DNA of 64,000 nucleotides from Eledone cirrhosa (Eukaryota): contig OZ024741.1 in NCBI GenBank assembly GCA_964016885.1, positions 352,408,001 to 352,472,000 of the forward strand, given 5' to 3'. Below, in pieces: positions 14,714 through 28,400 of the stretch (position 1 is the first letter of the stretch; each line of letters starts with the position of its first letter). Position numbers and translations under genes: made by a program. The notes beneath the pieces were generated by a model. The model did not search any database. It saw nothing but the letters and a program-made list of their open reading frames with translations, and had not been told where the DNA came from.

Positions 14714-15385
14714 GTCTACACAGTTTTGAGATGAAAATGAAAATTTCGCCTCAGAAAGGGGCGAAAATTAGTTGACTCAACGTCTGACGGCCCAGGCAAG
14801 GGGTTAAACTAAACAATGCTATTAAATTGATCAATGAACTCAGTTTTTTTGACAATAATCCGTAAAAATCCGGAGCGAAGTAATTCACGTCTATATCAAG
14901 TGGTAATTGATATAGAGAGGGAGGTTGGGAGAGTGTGTTGTATATTAGATGTAGAGAGGGGGAGAGATTGATGTTTATTGGTATAGAGAGAGGAATTTGA
15001 AGAGAGTTCCGTGTAGTAGATATAGAGAGGGGGAAAGTTTGGTGTTAATTGATATAGAGAGAGGTATTAGAAAAAAGTTCCGTGTAATAGATATATAGAG
15101 GGTGTTAATTGATATATAGAGGGGGCTTGGAAGAGAGTACCATACAGTAGATATAGAGCCGAGGAGAGTTTAGGGATGATTGATATACATAAGGGGATTG
15201 GGAGCGATAAGTGTAGATATTTTTTAGAGAGTGAGAGTGTATCAGCCTTAGATATAGGGAGGAGGATAAGAGAGGCGGTGTCGTGGTAGATATAAAGAGG
15301 GGTAGAGTTAGGTTTTAGTAGATACAAAGAGGGGGATTAAAAGAGAGTTTTGTGTGGTAGACATAGAAAGGAGGAGAGTTTTGTA

Positions 15386-15707
15386 CACTCTCGGGTCCTA
15401 AATAATAGGAGGGGTGGCAATAATGGAGGGGGGGGCTTGAGAAATCATTAATTGTATAGTGTACGTTAGTAAATATGGGATTTCTTGTAATGTTCTTTTG
15501 TCACACATAATGTTTTTTTAATGTAAAAAGTTATTATTAGATTCTCCAGCTACTGTATCAATATGAATCACTTACAATAACATTTCGCCGGAGATAGATA
15601 AACAAAATTTAGTAAGCGAGTGGTCGTGGAGTAAAAACCGGGAGGGAGGAGGGATCTGACAAATTAATAAGCGTGGGGTGCGGACGATTATTCGAAACCT
15701 GAGAGTA
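15386..15707 (+). mobile_element. MITE with (T)ACTCTCGGGTCC-AAATAAT termini
   Basis: Imperfect TIRs; related copies on the minus strand near 18490-18803, 19060-19283, 21790-22103. Confidence 0.65.
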
Positions 15708-15744
15708 CATGAATTATTGACGGAAGTACCGAAGTAGAGTTTAA

Positions 15745-15875
15745 ATATTCATTTATTATGGCTAAGCCTTGTTACTCTGTAGTTTCACCTGCGTACTCAC
15801 CAGACAAGACTGGTGATCCTGTGAGTGAGCAGGTGAAACTTTAGAGTAACAAAGCTCACCAATAGCCATAATAAA

Positions 15876-15882
<7 letters not shown>
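15745..15882. repeat. Fold-back palindrome beside (TA)n with a decayed hammerhead core
   Basis: Arms ATATTCATTTATTATGGCTA.../...TAGCCATAATAAATGAATAT; CTGGTGA-TCCTG..CAGG-T-GAAAC at 15810-15839. Confidence 0.7.
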
Positions 15883-15917
<35 letters not shown>

Positions 15918-17222
15918 TGAATAAATTGGGTATAATACCAGATTCTTACCAAATGCGAAGAAGCTCAATATATTAACCCCTTAGGAAAGGGCGCAGAGCA
16001 TAATTTTGTTTTAATTATATATATACATTGGCGGTGGAATTGGGAGGGGGGGGGGGGAGGGTACATGTAATCATATTTTCTCCCTAAACTACCAAAACAC
16101 ACGTCTATTTGGATATGCGCTACAATTTATGTACATGTTATGTTTATCGCATCTACAGTTCAAACAGCTAAACTAATCACTACAACTAAATTGTCCACCA
16201 CCACCCCCCAATTCAGAAATGCTTCCACCGCCCCTGTATGGTACAAAGGTAATGTTAGACTGGCCGGTCGGCAAGATGTGAGGAGAGTACTGGATGGCAC
16301 TTTTCAATGATGCACCCTCAGATTTAGATTACAATTTACGGTGATATACTTATTCCGAAAATCTGTCTTTGAATTATTGCCAAGTACAGTGTCTACCCTA
16401 TCGGGCCAGAGGGTACGGTCAAAGATCTTATAAGAAAGGGGTAGGGGTGCATAGTAGTTGCCCGATCCAATAAAGGTAACCCTTTCATTACCATCTTTAT
16501 ATCAACTATAAAACAACAGAGGAAAAGGAGAATTTAGCGCTCACTGCAAGTTGAACCATAATAATACGTTGTGTATTTGTATATTTATATATCCATATCT
16601 CCGACTGTAATTATAAATTTACACACATATACATACACACAATGCATTTACAATCTTAGCCATGTTGCTAAAATAAGAAGTTCGTTTTCTAATCGCAACG
16701 CCCTGGGTTCTAACTCAACATTTATCTCAGTAAATAGTTATTTCTCCAAAGTTACTCATACATCGTGGAGGTGTTGGACTTACGATCACAATGTCGTGGG
16801 TTCGATTCCTGGGTTGCGTGTTGTGTTCTTGAGCAAAACACTTCATTTGATTATAGGTTATTAAAATATCACTCAAATCCTTAATCACTTATATGTCAGT
16901 AATCATAAATTGTAGGGTTTCTCTTACGTAAACCATCAATTTATCAAAAGGTAAATTTCCTAGTTTGTATGATTGTTCATATATCTAGTAATCTTGGCAG
17001 ATATATGACCTACCAATCCTAGACACCAAAAATTAAATACATACTGGACTGCTACTTTTTAATCGACCTCGAAAGGATATAAATCAAAGTTGACCTCGCC
17101 GGAATATAAACTCAGAGAGTAGAGAGCCGGGATAAACACTACGTTCTAACGACTGCCAATGTGCCGCCTGTGGTCCATCTACTCACTCATATAATAATCT
17201 GTAAACTAAAGCACACATACAC

Positions 17223-17536
17223 CAGGGGCCGTGGAAGCATTTCTGAATTGGGGTGGGGTGGAAATTTAGTCAATTAAGTTGTAGTGATTAGTTTAGCTCT
17301 TTACAATCTTAAATAGTCAGAAGACTTCGATATACGATAAACATAACATGTATATAAATTGTAGCGCATATTCAAATAGTGTTTTAGTAGTTTATTCTTT
17401 TACCTGTTCAGCCATCTGGCTGAGGCCATGCTGGGGCACCACCCTTGAGTTTGGGGAGAAAAATATAATATTTTTGTTTTTATGTGTGTGTGTGTGTGGG
17501 GGGGGGGGAGCATGGCTCTCAGGTCCACCGCACCTG
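17223..17536 (+). mobile_element. hAT-like MITE (CAGGGGC.GTGG...CCACCGC.CCTG)
   Basis: Terminal inverted repeats; inverted relatives at ~16027-16235 and 8987-9105. Confidence 0.6.
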
Positions 17537-19989
17537 CACACACAATGGTCCACTATTATATAAATTTAAAAAAAATCTACCTCAAAATTTTACGGTGATG
17601 TAATACTCTAATATTTATTTAGAAGTGAGCCTTTTGAAAGTTAAGTGTCGTGTCCACAATGAATAGCGGATACAGATATGAATTGTCAACCTCTTAACCG
17701 ATATCTCAATCGGCTTCGACATCCACACACTCTCCTCATTCTTATTTGGTCTATAAGAAATAAGGTTGGCACCCATATTAACACACACACACACACACAC
17801 ACACGTACACACAAATACGCTCACTCACACGTTCACATGGATACACATGGACACACATGTATACACATGTACACGCTCACACTTCCACTTACACAGACAC
17901 TCGCATACGTTTTCAAATACATTTACACGATCACATTCACACAGACATACTCGCATACACATACACATACACACGTACATGTCACACGCACAGGACCACA
18001 CACACACACACACACATGCTCACGTTCACACGCACACACATACGCTCACAAGAACATGCTCACATACAGACACAGACACACAGGCATAGACACACACACA
18101 CATGCACACTCACTCACACATAAACATACACATATACACACTCACGCACACACACACACGCACACATACACAGACCCACTGACACAAACATGTCTGTGCG
18201 TGCCTTCGGTGTGTGAATATGTAGATATCTGTCATTCCCTTTACCATTCCCCTATGCCAGGGGACGTCATGTTGACAATCAGTGATAAAAACTGCTCTGA
18301 CAAAGTTTCTTACTGCAAGGTGTGGCAGATTTTATCGCCGAACTATTATGTAATATAGTAATTAGTGATTGTACTTTCAAGGTGACAAAAGCAGGTCCCT
18401 TATTTAAAGAAATGTTTAATGTGACCCATAGCAAGGACTGTATTTAGTATTACGACCCATTTTTGTAGATTTTTGTAGATCTTTGCTTACACCCTTAATT
18501 TTTCAGATTCCTCCTCCCGCTTATTAAATTTTACTAATCCATCGTCACTTATATTTTATTTTAAGTGGTAGCATTCCTGCGACAATTAATTTTCTATATA
18601 CGTTAAAAAACATTATACATGACAAAAAAAGAACATTACTAGAAATCCCATACGTTATAAAATAAATAGGATGGGTTGGGGTCTCAATATATAAACTAAA
18701 CGACTAATTCTGTGGGGTTTTTAAAATCAACGGAGACAACCAAGAAAAATTATGGATTTTCCACCCCCACTTATTCCAGCCCCCCATTATTTGGGACTCG
18801 AGAATAGCCAATTACCTGTGGACAACTTATACTAAACCTAGTGAATAACCTATTGAAAACTCCTGGATAATTCGCTGTTATTCGTGTAAGACTACATTAG
18901 TACATTTTGGAAATCCAGGTTATGCATGTCAGACATTTTGAAATGCTTGAGGAAGTTTGTGAGTTTTTTGCACTCCTCATGAGAGTACATCAAGGACTGC
19001 CATAAACACGAGATATCTACATACCAGAGATGGAATGAATTAAGACATCCGGCCAGTCATTATATATATGACAAAAAAAAGTACATTACCAGAAACCCCA
19101 TACGTTATAAAATAAATAGGATGGGTCTCAATATGTAAATTAAAGGACTAATTCTGGTTTTTTAAAAATCAACGGAGACAACCTAGAAAAATGACTGATT
19201 TTCCAACCCCCCGCTTATTCAACCTCCCCGCTTATTCCCCCCCCCCCCCCGTTTATTCCAGCATTATTTGGGACTCGAGAGTATTTTTAAAATAGATTTT
19301 TGCTTATCTTTGTAGATATTTTCTTAATGTCGCAGCCTATTTTATTTATTTTGCGATCCACAAATAGCATTTCATGATTTTCTCAACAGAGATGTATTTA
19401 TAACATCGAACTGCTTTATGGCCTATTACCTCAGGATGCTATCAGTAAGTCCCGTATAGTGATCGAACATACAGGCATTATCATGCTTTGCAGCAAAGAG
19501 TTACGGCCCTTTATGGTCTGAGTTCAAATTCCGCCAAGGTTAACTTTGTCTTTCATCCTTACGTGGTCGATAAAATAAAGTACCAGTGATGTACTGGATA
19601 ATTGCTGGCCTTGTGCCAAAAGTAGAAACAATTATTACACCATCCTTCCGAGGTCGATAAGTTAAGTACCAGTCGATGTTGGTGGACTAGCGGAATTGCT
19701 AGAGCGTCGCTATTTGTTTCAGCAATTTTGTGTTCTGAGTTCAAATCACGTCGTGGCCTAAGTAGGTGGCAGACATAATTGGCCGCCTGATTTAACACCC
19801 AGCACCTGGGTCTAAGGCGCTTTTAGTGGAGTCTAATCTTTCTTTCTATCAATCTTAGAGGCATTGAAAAGGTGCCCTGAATACCGCCCTTCCTTCTGAT
19901 CAAGCAATAAAGAAAAAATGCTGAAAACTTCACAACTGGATACGGTTTAACTCTTAATATCCTGTAATGACTTAGAGAAGATCTCAAAA

Positions 19990-20360
19990 CAGGTTTGTTA
20001 ATAGAAATTTTTATAGTGTCTTTACTATTCGACAGAAAATTGTGAAAATTTGCAGCACGTAAATTAAAATCAACATCATTGATATCACGGTCGAACATTC
20101 TTGACAAAGTCTCTCTACAATCCACGATTTTCCATAGTTCCTGGAAACTGCTCCTTACTATGGTTTGTATAGTATTAGAGTTCATCGATGAATGTTCGAG
20201 TGTTCGAGCAGGTCTTTCTCTATTGCGTCTCCAGTGAGATGAATTCCACAATAACTTGTGTGTAACTTCCTGCTTACTTATCCAGCAATGTCCTGCAAAT
20301 TGTAACCGTCTTTGAGCAATTGTAGTTGTTATCTTGGGCAATTTTCCGTATAAACCTTTA
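19990..20360 (-). pseudogene. RTE-clade LINE 3' ORF remnant
   Basis: RRLQFAGHCW...LLW...RERP motif typical of RTE C-termini. Confidence 0.65.
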
Positions 20361-21153
20361 TTTTTGATACGTTATAACATAACTTTTTAATGTAATGTAG
20401 TTATAGTGTTGTTTTGTACTTTTCAAAGGATATTAAGAGTCTTGCATTGGAATATTCAATTATAACCATCGCTTAGTCGTGTTCAGTTTGTAAAGGTAAA
20501 TACTACAGATACGTGTAGACTAGTGATGGCGGATATATTTTAAAACTATAATTAACTTGCAAACAAGACATGTATACTTTTATTATCATGTATATTACCG
20601 AATGAATCTTTTATCTGGCAAAATTTGAAATATTTCAGGTTAAATTATGTAATAACACCACGCGATCTTTTCTTTTCCTTTACTCAACCTCTAACCCTCA
20701 CTCTTCCTCTGTTCCAGGAGTGACCTCACCTACTCTCTCTATGACTAAGTTTTAGTATTTTTTAATTGAATTAAGAAATTTATGAGTTTGTTTGGTGACC
20801 CCAGATTTTAGCTCATAAGGTGATTGCCTAGTTTCCTTAGTGCGAAGCGTTTACCCTAAGTATGCTTCAAGTAAATTTCTATCACCTTCGTTTCCAATTA
20901 CTCTGGCCGAATCTATATTCATAGCTCAGCTTGGGTGATATCGTACCAATAAATCGAGCCAAAGATAGAACTTCTACATAGCCGACTAACTAGCTAGAAA
21001 TAGCGGCTAAATATTCTTCAAATCTCTATTTTTCTTACTCTTAACTCTTGATAGAGTCGTAGTGGCGCCGTAATGGTATATAGCGTGTCTTGGACACTTT
21101 AAACCTGGTAGACCTTATCACTCTCAAGTCTGAACACAGCCAATTTCTTCGAG

Positions 21154-21270
<117 letters not shown>

Positions 21271-22954
21271 CAAATCACATCTATCGAAAAAAAAAAAGCA
21301 CACATTGGCCAATGCGGGTAAACTGTGCTTAGAAAATGCCGAGATGGTCACAACTGGAACGCTTTTAAATGATAGATGTGTTCGATAAGGGCTGACATGG
21401 GAACAACAACAAGAACAACAGCAGCAGTACTGATAAATCGGTTCAACTACTTTGGAACTGTTAACCTAAAAAAAATTGAATAAATAATACTGAGCAAACT
21501 AAAAAATCAAAAAAATCAACAATAAAATAAACCCCACTTGAAATGTTTGACATTGTTTAAACTCCAAAAAAACATGATAGCGTTCTAGGCCATATTGTTG
21601 ACAAATTATATCTATGATAAATATTCGAATAAATGGACAAAACAAACAAAACGAAAACAATAAAACTTTTATGGAATTGACCTTCTTCGGTTTGGGCGAT
21701 GAGTGTTCCAGTTATTCGATCAACAGGAACATCCTGCTAATGAGATTAACGTGTAAGTGGCTGAGCATTACACAGATACTATCTGGACTCGAATAATCGT
21801 ACCTCCCCGCTTATTCATTTTTCAGATCCCCCTTCACTTATTAAAATTCATTTTAAGTAGTAGCATTCCTGCGACAATTAATTTTCTTTAGACATTTAAA
21901 AACATTATACATGACAAAAAAACAACAACACATTACTAGAAATCTCATACGTTATAAAATAAATAGGATGGGTTGGTACCTCAATATGTAAACTAAACGA
22001 CTAATTCTGGGTTTAAAAAAATCAACGGAGACAACCTAGAAAAATCACCGCTTGTTCAATCTCGCCGCTTACCCCCCACCCTATTATTTGGGACCCGAGA
22101 GTACGTGTGCTCTTTATGCAATTTTCAGTGCGATTCGGCGAGACAAGATGTTTGACAAGGTCGGACCCTTTAAATTACAGGTACAGCCCATCCGATAGAC
22201 TTCCAAACAGTTTCTGTCTACCCAATTTCACTAACAATGTATGAGTCAACCTGAAACTTTAGTAAATTATACTCACCCAAGATGCCACATAAAGGGATTG
22301 AACTCGGGACCCAATAATTTCAAAGTAACCTTCGTAACCATTCAACTAAGTTTGTACCACACAAACTATGTCCGTATCACACAAAATCAAACAAAAACAA
22401 AACAATACAAAAAACAAATAAATACATAAAAATATATTCTTATTATACGTCCAAATTGTTATATACGTTGACTATGAGGTAGAACAGCAACAAATATATA
22501 AGATTTCTCCAAAATTCAAGTGACTCTATGTGGAAGACGAATTATGACTGGGATCTGGTTTATTTTGTCCGGAGGAGCACCTCCCAGACCAGTGTTCTCT
22601 GCATCTTCAGTTTACATCCAGGAGGGTATCACTCCCTTCCAGGATCACTCATGCCAGGATCCACCAGATTGTCACCTCTGGTGGGATCCTAGAAGTCCTT
22701 ACCCTTACAATTCTCCTACCCAAATATGAAGGGAAAAGAACACAGCTATGACTTCTACAGGGAAGCACCGAGTGTTTTACGATCAAACCTTTACTCTTAA
22801 AGATAACTGAAATTCCCTGCATACTGTGTGGCTCTTGAAATGTGGTCTATGTCGGACATTATGTCTTTCAGTACTCTTTTCACTTCAGTGTGTGTGGATG
22901 GCTCCGGCCATCTCGTCTTTGTTGATTATATATTTATATATTAAGATTCTCCGT

Positions 22955-23223
22955 ATTGAGAGATGACAGCTCTGATACTATGGACATGTGGTTAGAATGT
23001 TTCAGGAAAGCATCTCTGGGCAGATTTTACGGGCAAAACCAACCGACAAGAGACCCAAGGGTAGACCGCGAGCAAGATGGTTGGATAACATCCATGAACT
23101 TGGCTGGTCACGCTTGGGGATCCAACCGGATCACTTGCAGATGGTTGCTTCTGATAGGACCCGCTGGAAGAAGTGTTTGAGGACTCTGACCCCATGACCT
23201 TCACAGGCGAATAATAATAATAA
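22955..23223 (+). mobile_element. RTE-clade LINE 3' end with (TAA)n tail
   Basis: GHVVRM...KRPKGRPRARWLD...DRTRWK followed by TAA repeats. Confidence 0.8.
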
Positions 23224-23783
23224 TTGTTTCTACTTTTGGCCCAAAGCCAGCAATTATCTCAGTGTAATACTGGTGCTTTTTGAACTCAGACCATAAAGGG
23301 CCGTAACTCTTTGCTGCTAAGCTGCTGAGGGCCACAGGTAGAGATAAACTAACCAGCTCACGAAGATACTGGTTAGTTTAACTACAAAAACAGTAAGAAA
23401 TGTTCAAGAAACTAAGTTGGACGACAGTGTGAAAATGGAACAAACATACGGAGCAGTTTAAGACGCTATGTCGAGACACGAAGCAATAATAATAATAATA
23501 ACAATAATAATTCCACCTCATAAATGTGGAAATGTAATGCTTGAGTAGGTTATAGATACACTCACACACAAGAAACATCTATGTACACATCCACACATAT
23601 TTTCAAACATTAAAACTCAAACTTTCACCAACCACCAATATCGCCATCACCACCATGACCACCACAATCGCCACCCCACATACCTGAGATGGTACTTCAT
23701 TTTATCGACATTGAAAATCAATAAACGTTGACAACGGTGGAATTTGAATTCACAAATCATAGAATCGGAACAAATAAAATATT

Positions 23784-23973
23784 TTTTTCTACTTTTGGCA
23801 CAAGGCCAGCAATTAGCCCAGTGTATTACTGGTACTTTATTTTATTGACCCCGTAAGGATGAAAGGCAAAGTTAACCTCGGCGGGATTTGAACTCAGACC
23901 ATAAAGGGCCATAACTCATTGCTGCAAAGCATGGCGTCCGACCCTCTACCGATACTGCCAATCTACCGCCTTT
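23784..23973 (-). mobile_element. OR2-like SINE with 17-bp TSD, nested in an older SINE
   Basis: TSD GGAACAAATAAAATATT at 23767-23783 and 23974-23990. Confidence 0.88.
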
Positions 23974-24049
23974 GGAACAAATAAAATATTGCAAGGCATT
24001 TTGTCCATCACTCTATCAATTCTACTAATCAACCATTCTTGAATGGACC

Positions 24050-24385
24050 TTCATCGGTTTCGGCGATGGATGTTCCAGTTGTTTGATCAACAGTACAGAC
24101 TGCTCATAAAATTAACGTGTATGTAGCTAAACATTCCAGAGTCACGTGTACCCTTAACGTAATTCTCAGGCAGATTCAGCGTGACACAGTGTGTGACAAG
24201 GGTGGCCATTTGAACTATAGCTACAGTCCATCCGACGGGTTTCAAAACAGTTTCCGTCTACCTAGTTTCAGGCTTATATTAACTCAAGGTTACGGTAAAT
24301 GACACTTACTCAAGATGACTTGCAGTAGGATCGAACTCGAGACCTAAGAATTGTGAAGCCAACTCGGTCTTTCGGCCATGCTGGA
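24050..24385 (-). mobile_element. OK-like/composite SINE
   Basis: Shares cagtttccgtctacc and ggccctttgaattacaggtaca-like blocks with 5420-5605, 22105-22340 and 41490-41780. Confidence 0.65.
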
Positions 24386-24412
24386 TTCACTCCACCAATC
24401 TACCCATTATAA

Positions 24413-24800
24413 TTATCTCTACTTTAGGCACAAGGCCAGCAATTACCCAGTGCATTACTGGTACTTTATTTTATCGACCCCGTAAGGATGAAAGGCAAAG
24501 TCAACCTCGGCGGGATTTGAACTCAGATCGTAAAGGGACGTAACTATGCTGGAAAGCATGGCGTCCGACCCTCTACTGATACTGCCAATCCACTGATGGT
24601 TTCTAATGTAGGCATAACGCCAACAATTTTAGGAGTAAGAGGAAAGTCGATTGTGCCTATCCCAGTACTTTACTGGTACCTTATTCTATTGACCCTAGAA
24701 GGATGAAAGGCATAGTTGACCTCGGCGGGATTTGATACCTGAAGATAGAGGGCCGTAACGTAATACTGTAGCGCATTTCATTCGATGCACTAACGATTCT
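24413..24800 (-). mobile_element. Two adjacent OR2-like SINE copies
   Basis: Reverse complement of the SINE consensus twice (24413-24593, 24598-24800). Confidence 0.8.
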
Positions 24801-25046
24801 GTCAAACCATATACAAGCACATAGAAATGAATGAGAATGTGTGAGTGTGAAAGAGTGGTAGGGTGAAAGAGAGGTAGGGTGAAAGAGATAGGTGAAGAGT
24901 GAGAGAGAGGAAGAAAGAGAGAAGAGAGAGGATGAGAGAGAGAGAGAGAGGAAGAGAGAGAGAGAGCAAGAGAGGGAGATAAAGAGAGAGGAAGAGAGGT
25001 AGAGAGAGACAGAGATAAAGAGAGAGGAAGAGAGAGGAAGAGAGGT

Positions 25047-25077
<31 letters not shown>

Positions 25078-25079
25078 GA

Positions 25080-25144
<65 letters not shown>

Positions 25145-25149
25145 AGAAA

Positions 25150-25199
<50 letters not shown>

Positions 25200-25467
25200 A
25201 TAGTGCTTGAAGGAGGATGATGACAAATCTTCTAATTTAGAACAAAATGATCATTTTCGTTTCCTCAACTGTTCCACTCCGTTTAGAACTTTCAGGATTT
25301 CTTCAGCTCGTTTCTTTAATTCACCGATTTTATCCCAGGGCTGGGAGTCGGAATTTTTATTTTTTCGTCTGTAGGTTATTCTGGGATTGATTTGGATTTC
25401 TGTGCCAAATTTTGTCACGATTCGTTGAGGAATGGTGACGTTGTTTCACGACAAACATACAAACTCA

Positions 25468-28400
25468 CACGTACACACATACCAGTACAACCATACACAT
25501 ACATATATACCAGTACAACCATACATATACATATATACCAGTACAACCATACACATACACACATACCAGTACAACCATACACATACACACATACCAGTAC
25601 AGCAATACACATACATATATACCAGTACAACCATACACATACATATATACCAGTACAAACATACACATACACACATACCAGTACAACCATACACATACAT
25701 ATATACCAGTACAACCATACACATACACACATAGCAGTACAACCATACACATACATATATACCAGTACAACCATACATATACACATATACCAGTACAATC
25801 ATACACATACACACATACCAGTACAACCATACAGATACATATATACCAGTACAACCATACACATACACACATACCAGTACAACCATACACATACAAATAT
25901 ACCAGTACAACCATACACACACATATATACCAGTACAACCATACACATACGCACATACCAGTACAACCATACACATACACACATACCAGTACAGCCATAC
26001 ACATACACACATACCAGTACAACCATACACATACAGACATACCAGTACAACCATACACATACATATATACCAGTACAACCATACACATACATATATACCA
26101 GTACAACCATACACATACATATATACCAGTACAACCATTCACACATACACATACCAATACAACCATACACATACATATATACCAGTACAACCATACACAT
26201 ACACACATACCAGTACAACCATACACATACACACATACCAGTACAGCCATACACATATATATATACCAGTACAACCATAGACATACACACATACCAGTAC
26301 AACCATACACATACATATATACCAGTACAACCACACACATACATATATACCAGTACAACCATACACATACATATATACCAGTACAACCATACACATACAT
26401 ATATACCAGTACAACCATTCACATGTACACATACCAATACAACAATACACATATATATATACCAGTACAACCATACACATACATATATACCAGTACAACC
26501 ATACACATACACACATACCAGTACAACCATACACATACACACATACCAGTACAGCCATACACATATATATATACCAGTACAACCATAGACATACACACAT
26601 ACCAGTACAACCATACACATACATATATACCAGTACAACCATACACATACATATATACCAGTACAACCATACACATACACACATACCAGTACAACCATAC
26701 ACATACATATATACCAGTACAACCATACACATACATATATACCAGTACAATCATACACATACATATATACCAGTACAACCATACACATACACACATACCA
26801 GTACAACCATACACATACATATATACCAGTACAACCAAACACATACATATATACCAGTACAACCATAAACATACACACATACCAGTACAACTATACACAT
26901 ACACACATACCAGTACAGCCATACACATACATATATACCAGTACAACCATACACATACATATATACCAGTACAACCATACATATATATATATAATAGTAC
27001 AACCATACATATACATATATACCAGTACAACCATACACATACATATATACCAGTACAACCATACACATACACACATACCAGTACAGCCATACACATACAC
27101 ACATACCAGTACAACCATACACATACATATATACCAGTACAGCCATACACATACATATATACCAGTACAACCATACACATACATATATACCAGTACAACC
27201 ATACACATACATATATACCAGTACAGCCATACACATACACACATACCAGTACAGCCATACACATACACACATACCAGTACAACCACACACATACAGAGAC
27301 ATACCAGTACAACCATACACATACATATATACCAGTACAACCATACACATACACACATACCAGTACAACCATACATATACATATATACCAGTAAAACCAT
27401 ACACATACACACATACCAGTACAACCATACACATATACCAGTACAACCATACACATACACACATACCAGTACAACCATACACATACATATATACCAGTAC
27501 AACCATACACATACATATATAGCAGTACAACCATACACATACAAACATACCAGTACAACCATACACATACACACATACCAGTACAACCATACACGTACAT
27601 ATATAGCAGTACAACCATACACATACATATATACCAGTACTACAACACACATACACACATACCAGTACAACCATACACATACACACATACCAGTACAACC
27701 ATAGACATACATTTATACCAGTACAACCATACACATACACAAATACCAGTACAACCATACATATACATATATACCAGTAAAACCATACACATACACACAT
27801 ACCAGTACAACCATACACATACATATATACCAGTACAACCATACACATACATATATACCAGTACAACCATGCATATATATATATATATACCAGTACAACC
27901 ATACACATACATATATACCAGTACAACCATACACATACATATATACCAGTACAACCATACACATACACACATACCAGTACAGCCATACACATACATATAT
28001 ACCAGTACAACCATACACATACATATATACCAGTACAACCATACACATACACACATACCAGTACAACCATACACATACACACATACCAGTACAGCAATAC
28101 ACATACATATATACCAGTACAACCATACACATACATATATACCAGTACAATCATACATATATATATATAACAGTACAACCATACACATACATATATACCA
28201 GTACAACCATACACATACATATATACCAGTACAACCATACACATACTCACATACCAGTACAACCATACACATACATATATACCAGTACAACCATACACAT
28301 ACACACATACCAGTACAACCATACACATACATATATACCAGTACAACCATACACATACATATATACCAGTACAACCATGCATATATATATATATATACCA

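Larger units (their letters stand above)
9170..14901 (-). mobile_element. Full-length Tx1/L1-clade LINE (frameshifted)
   Basis: ORF1 with CCHC knuckle, APE and RT domains, 3' AATAAA; 13-bp TSD GGTAATTGATATA at 9157-9169 and 14902-14914. Confidence 0.92.
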
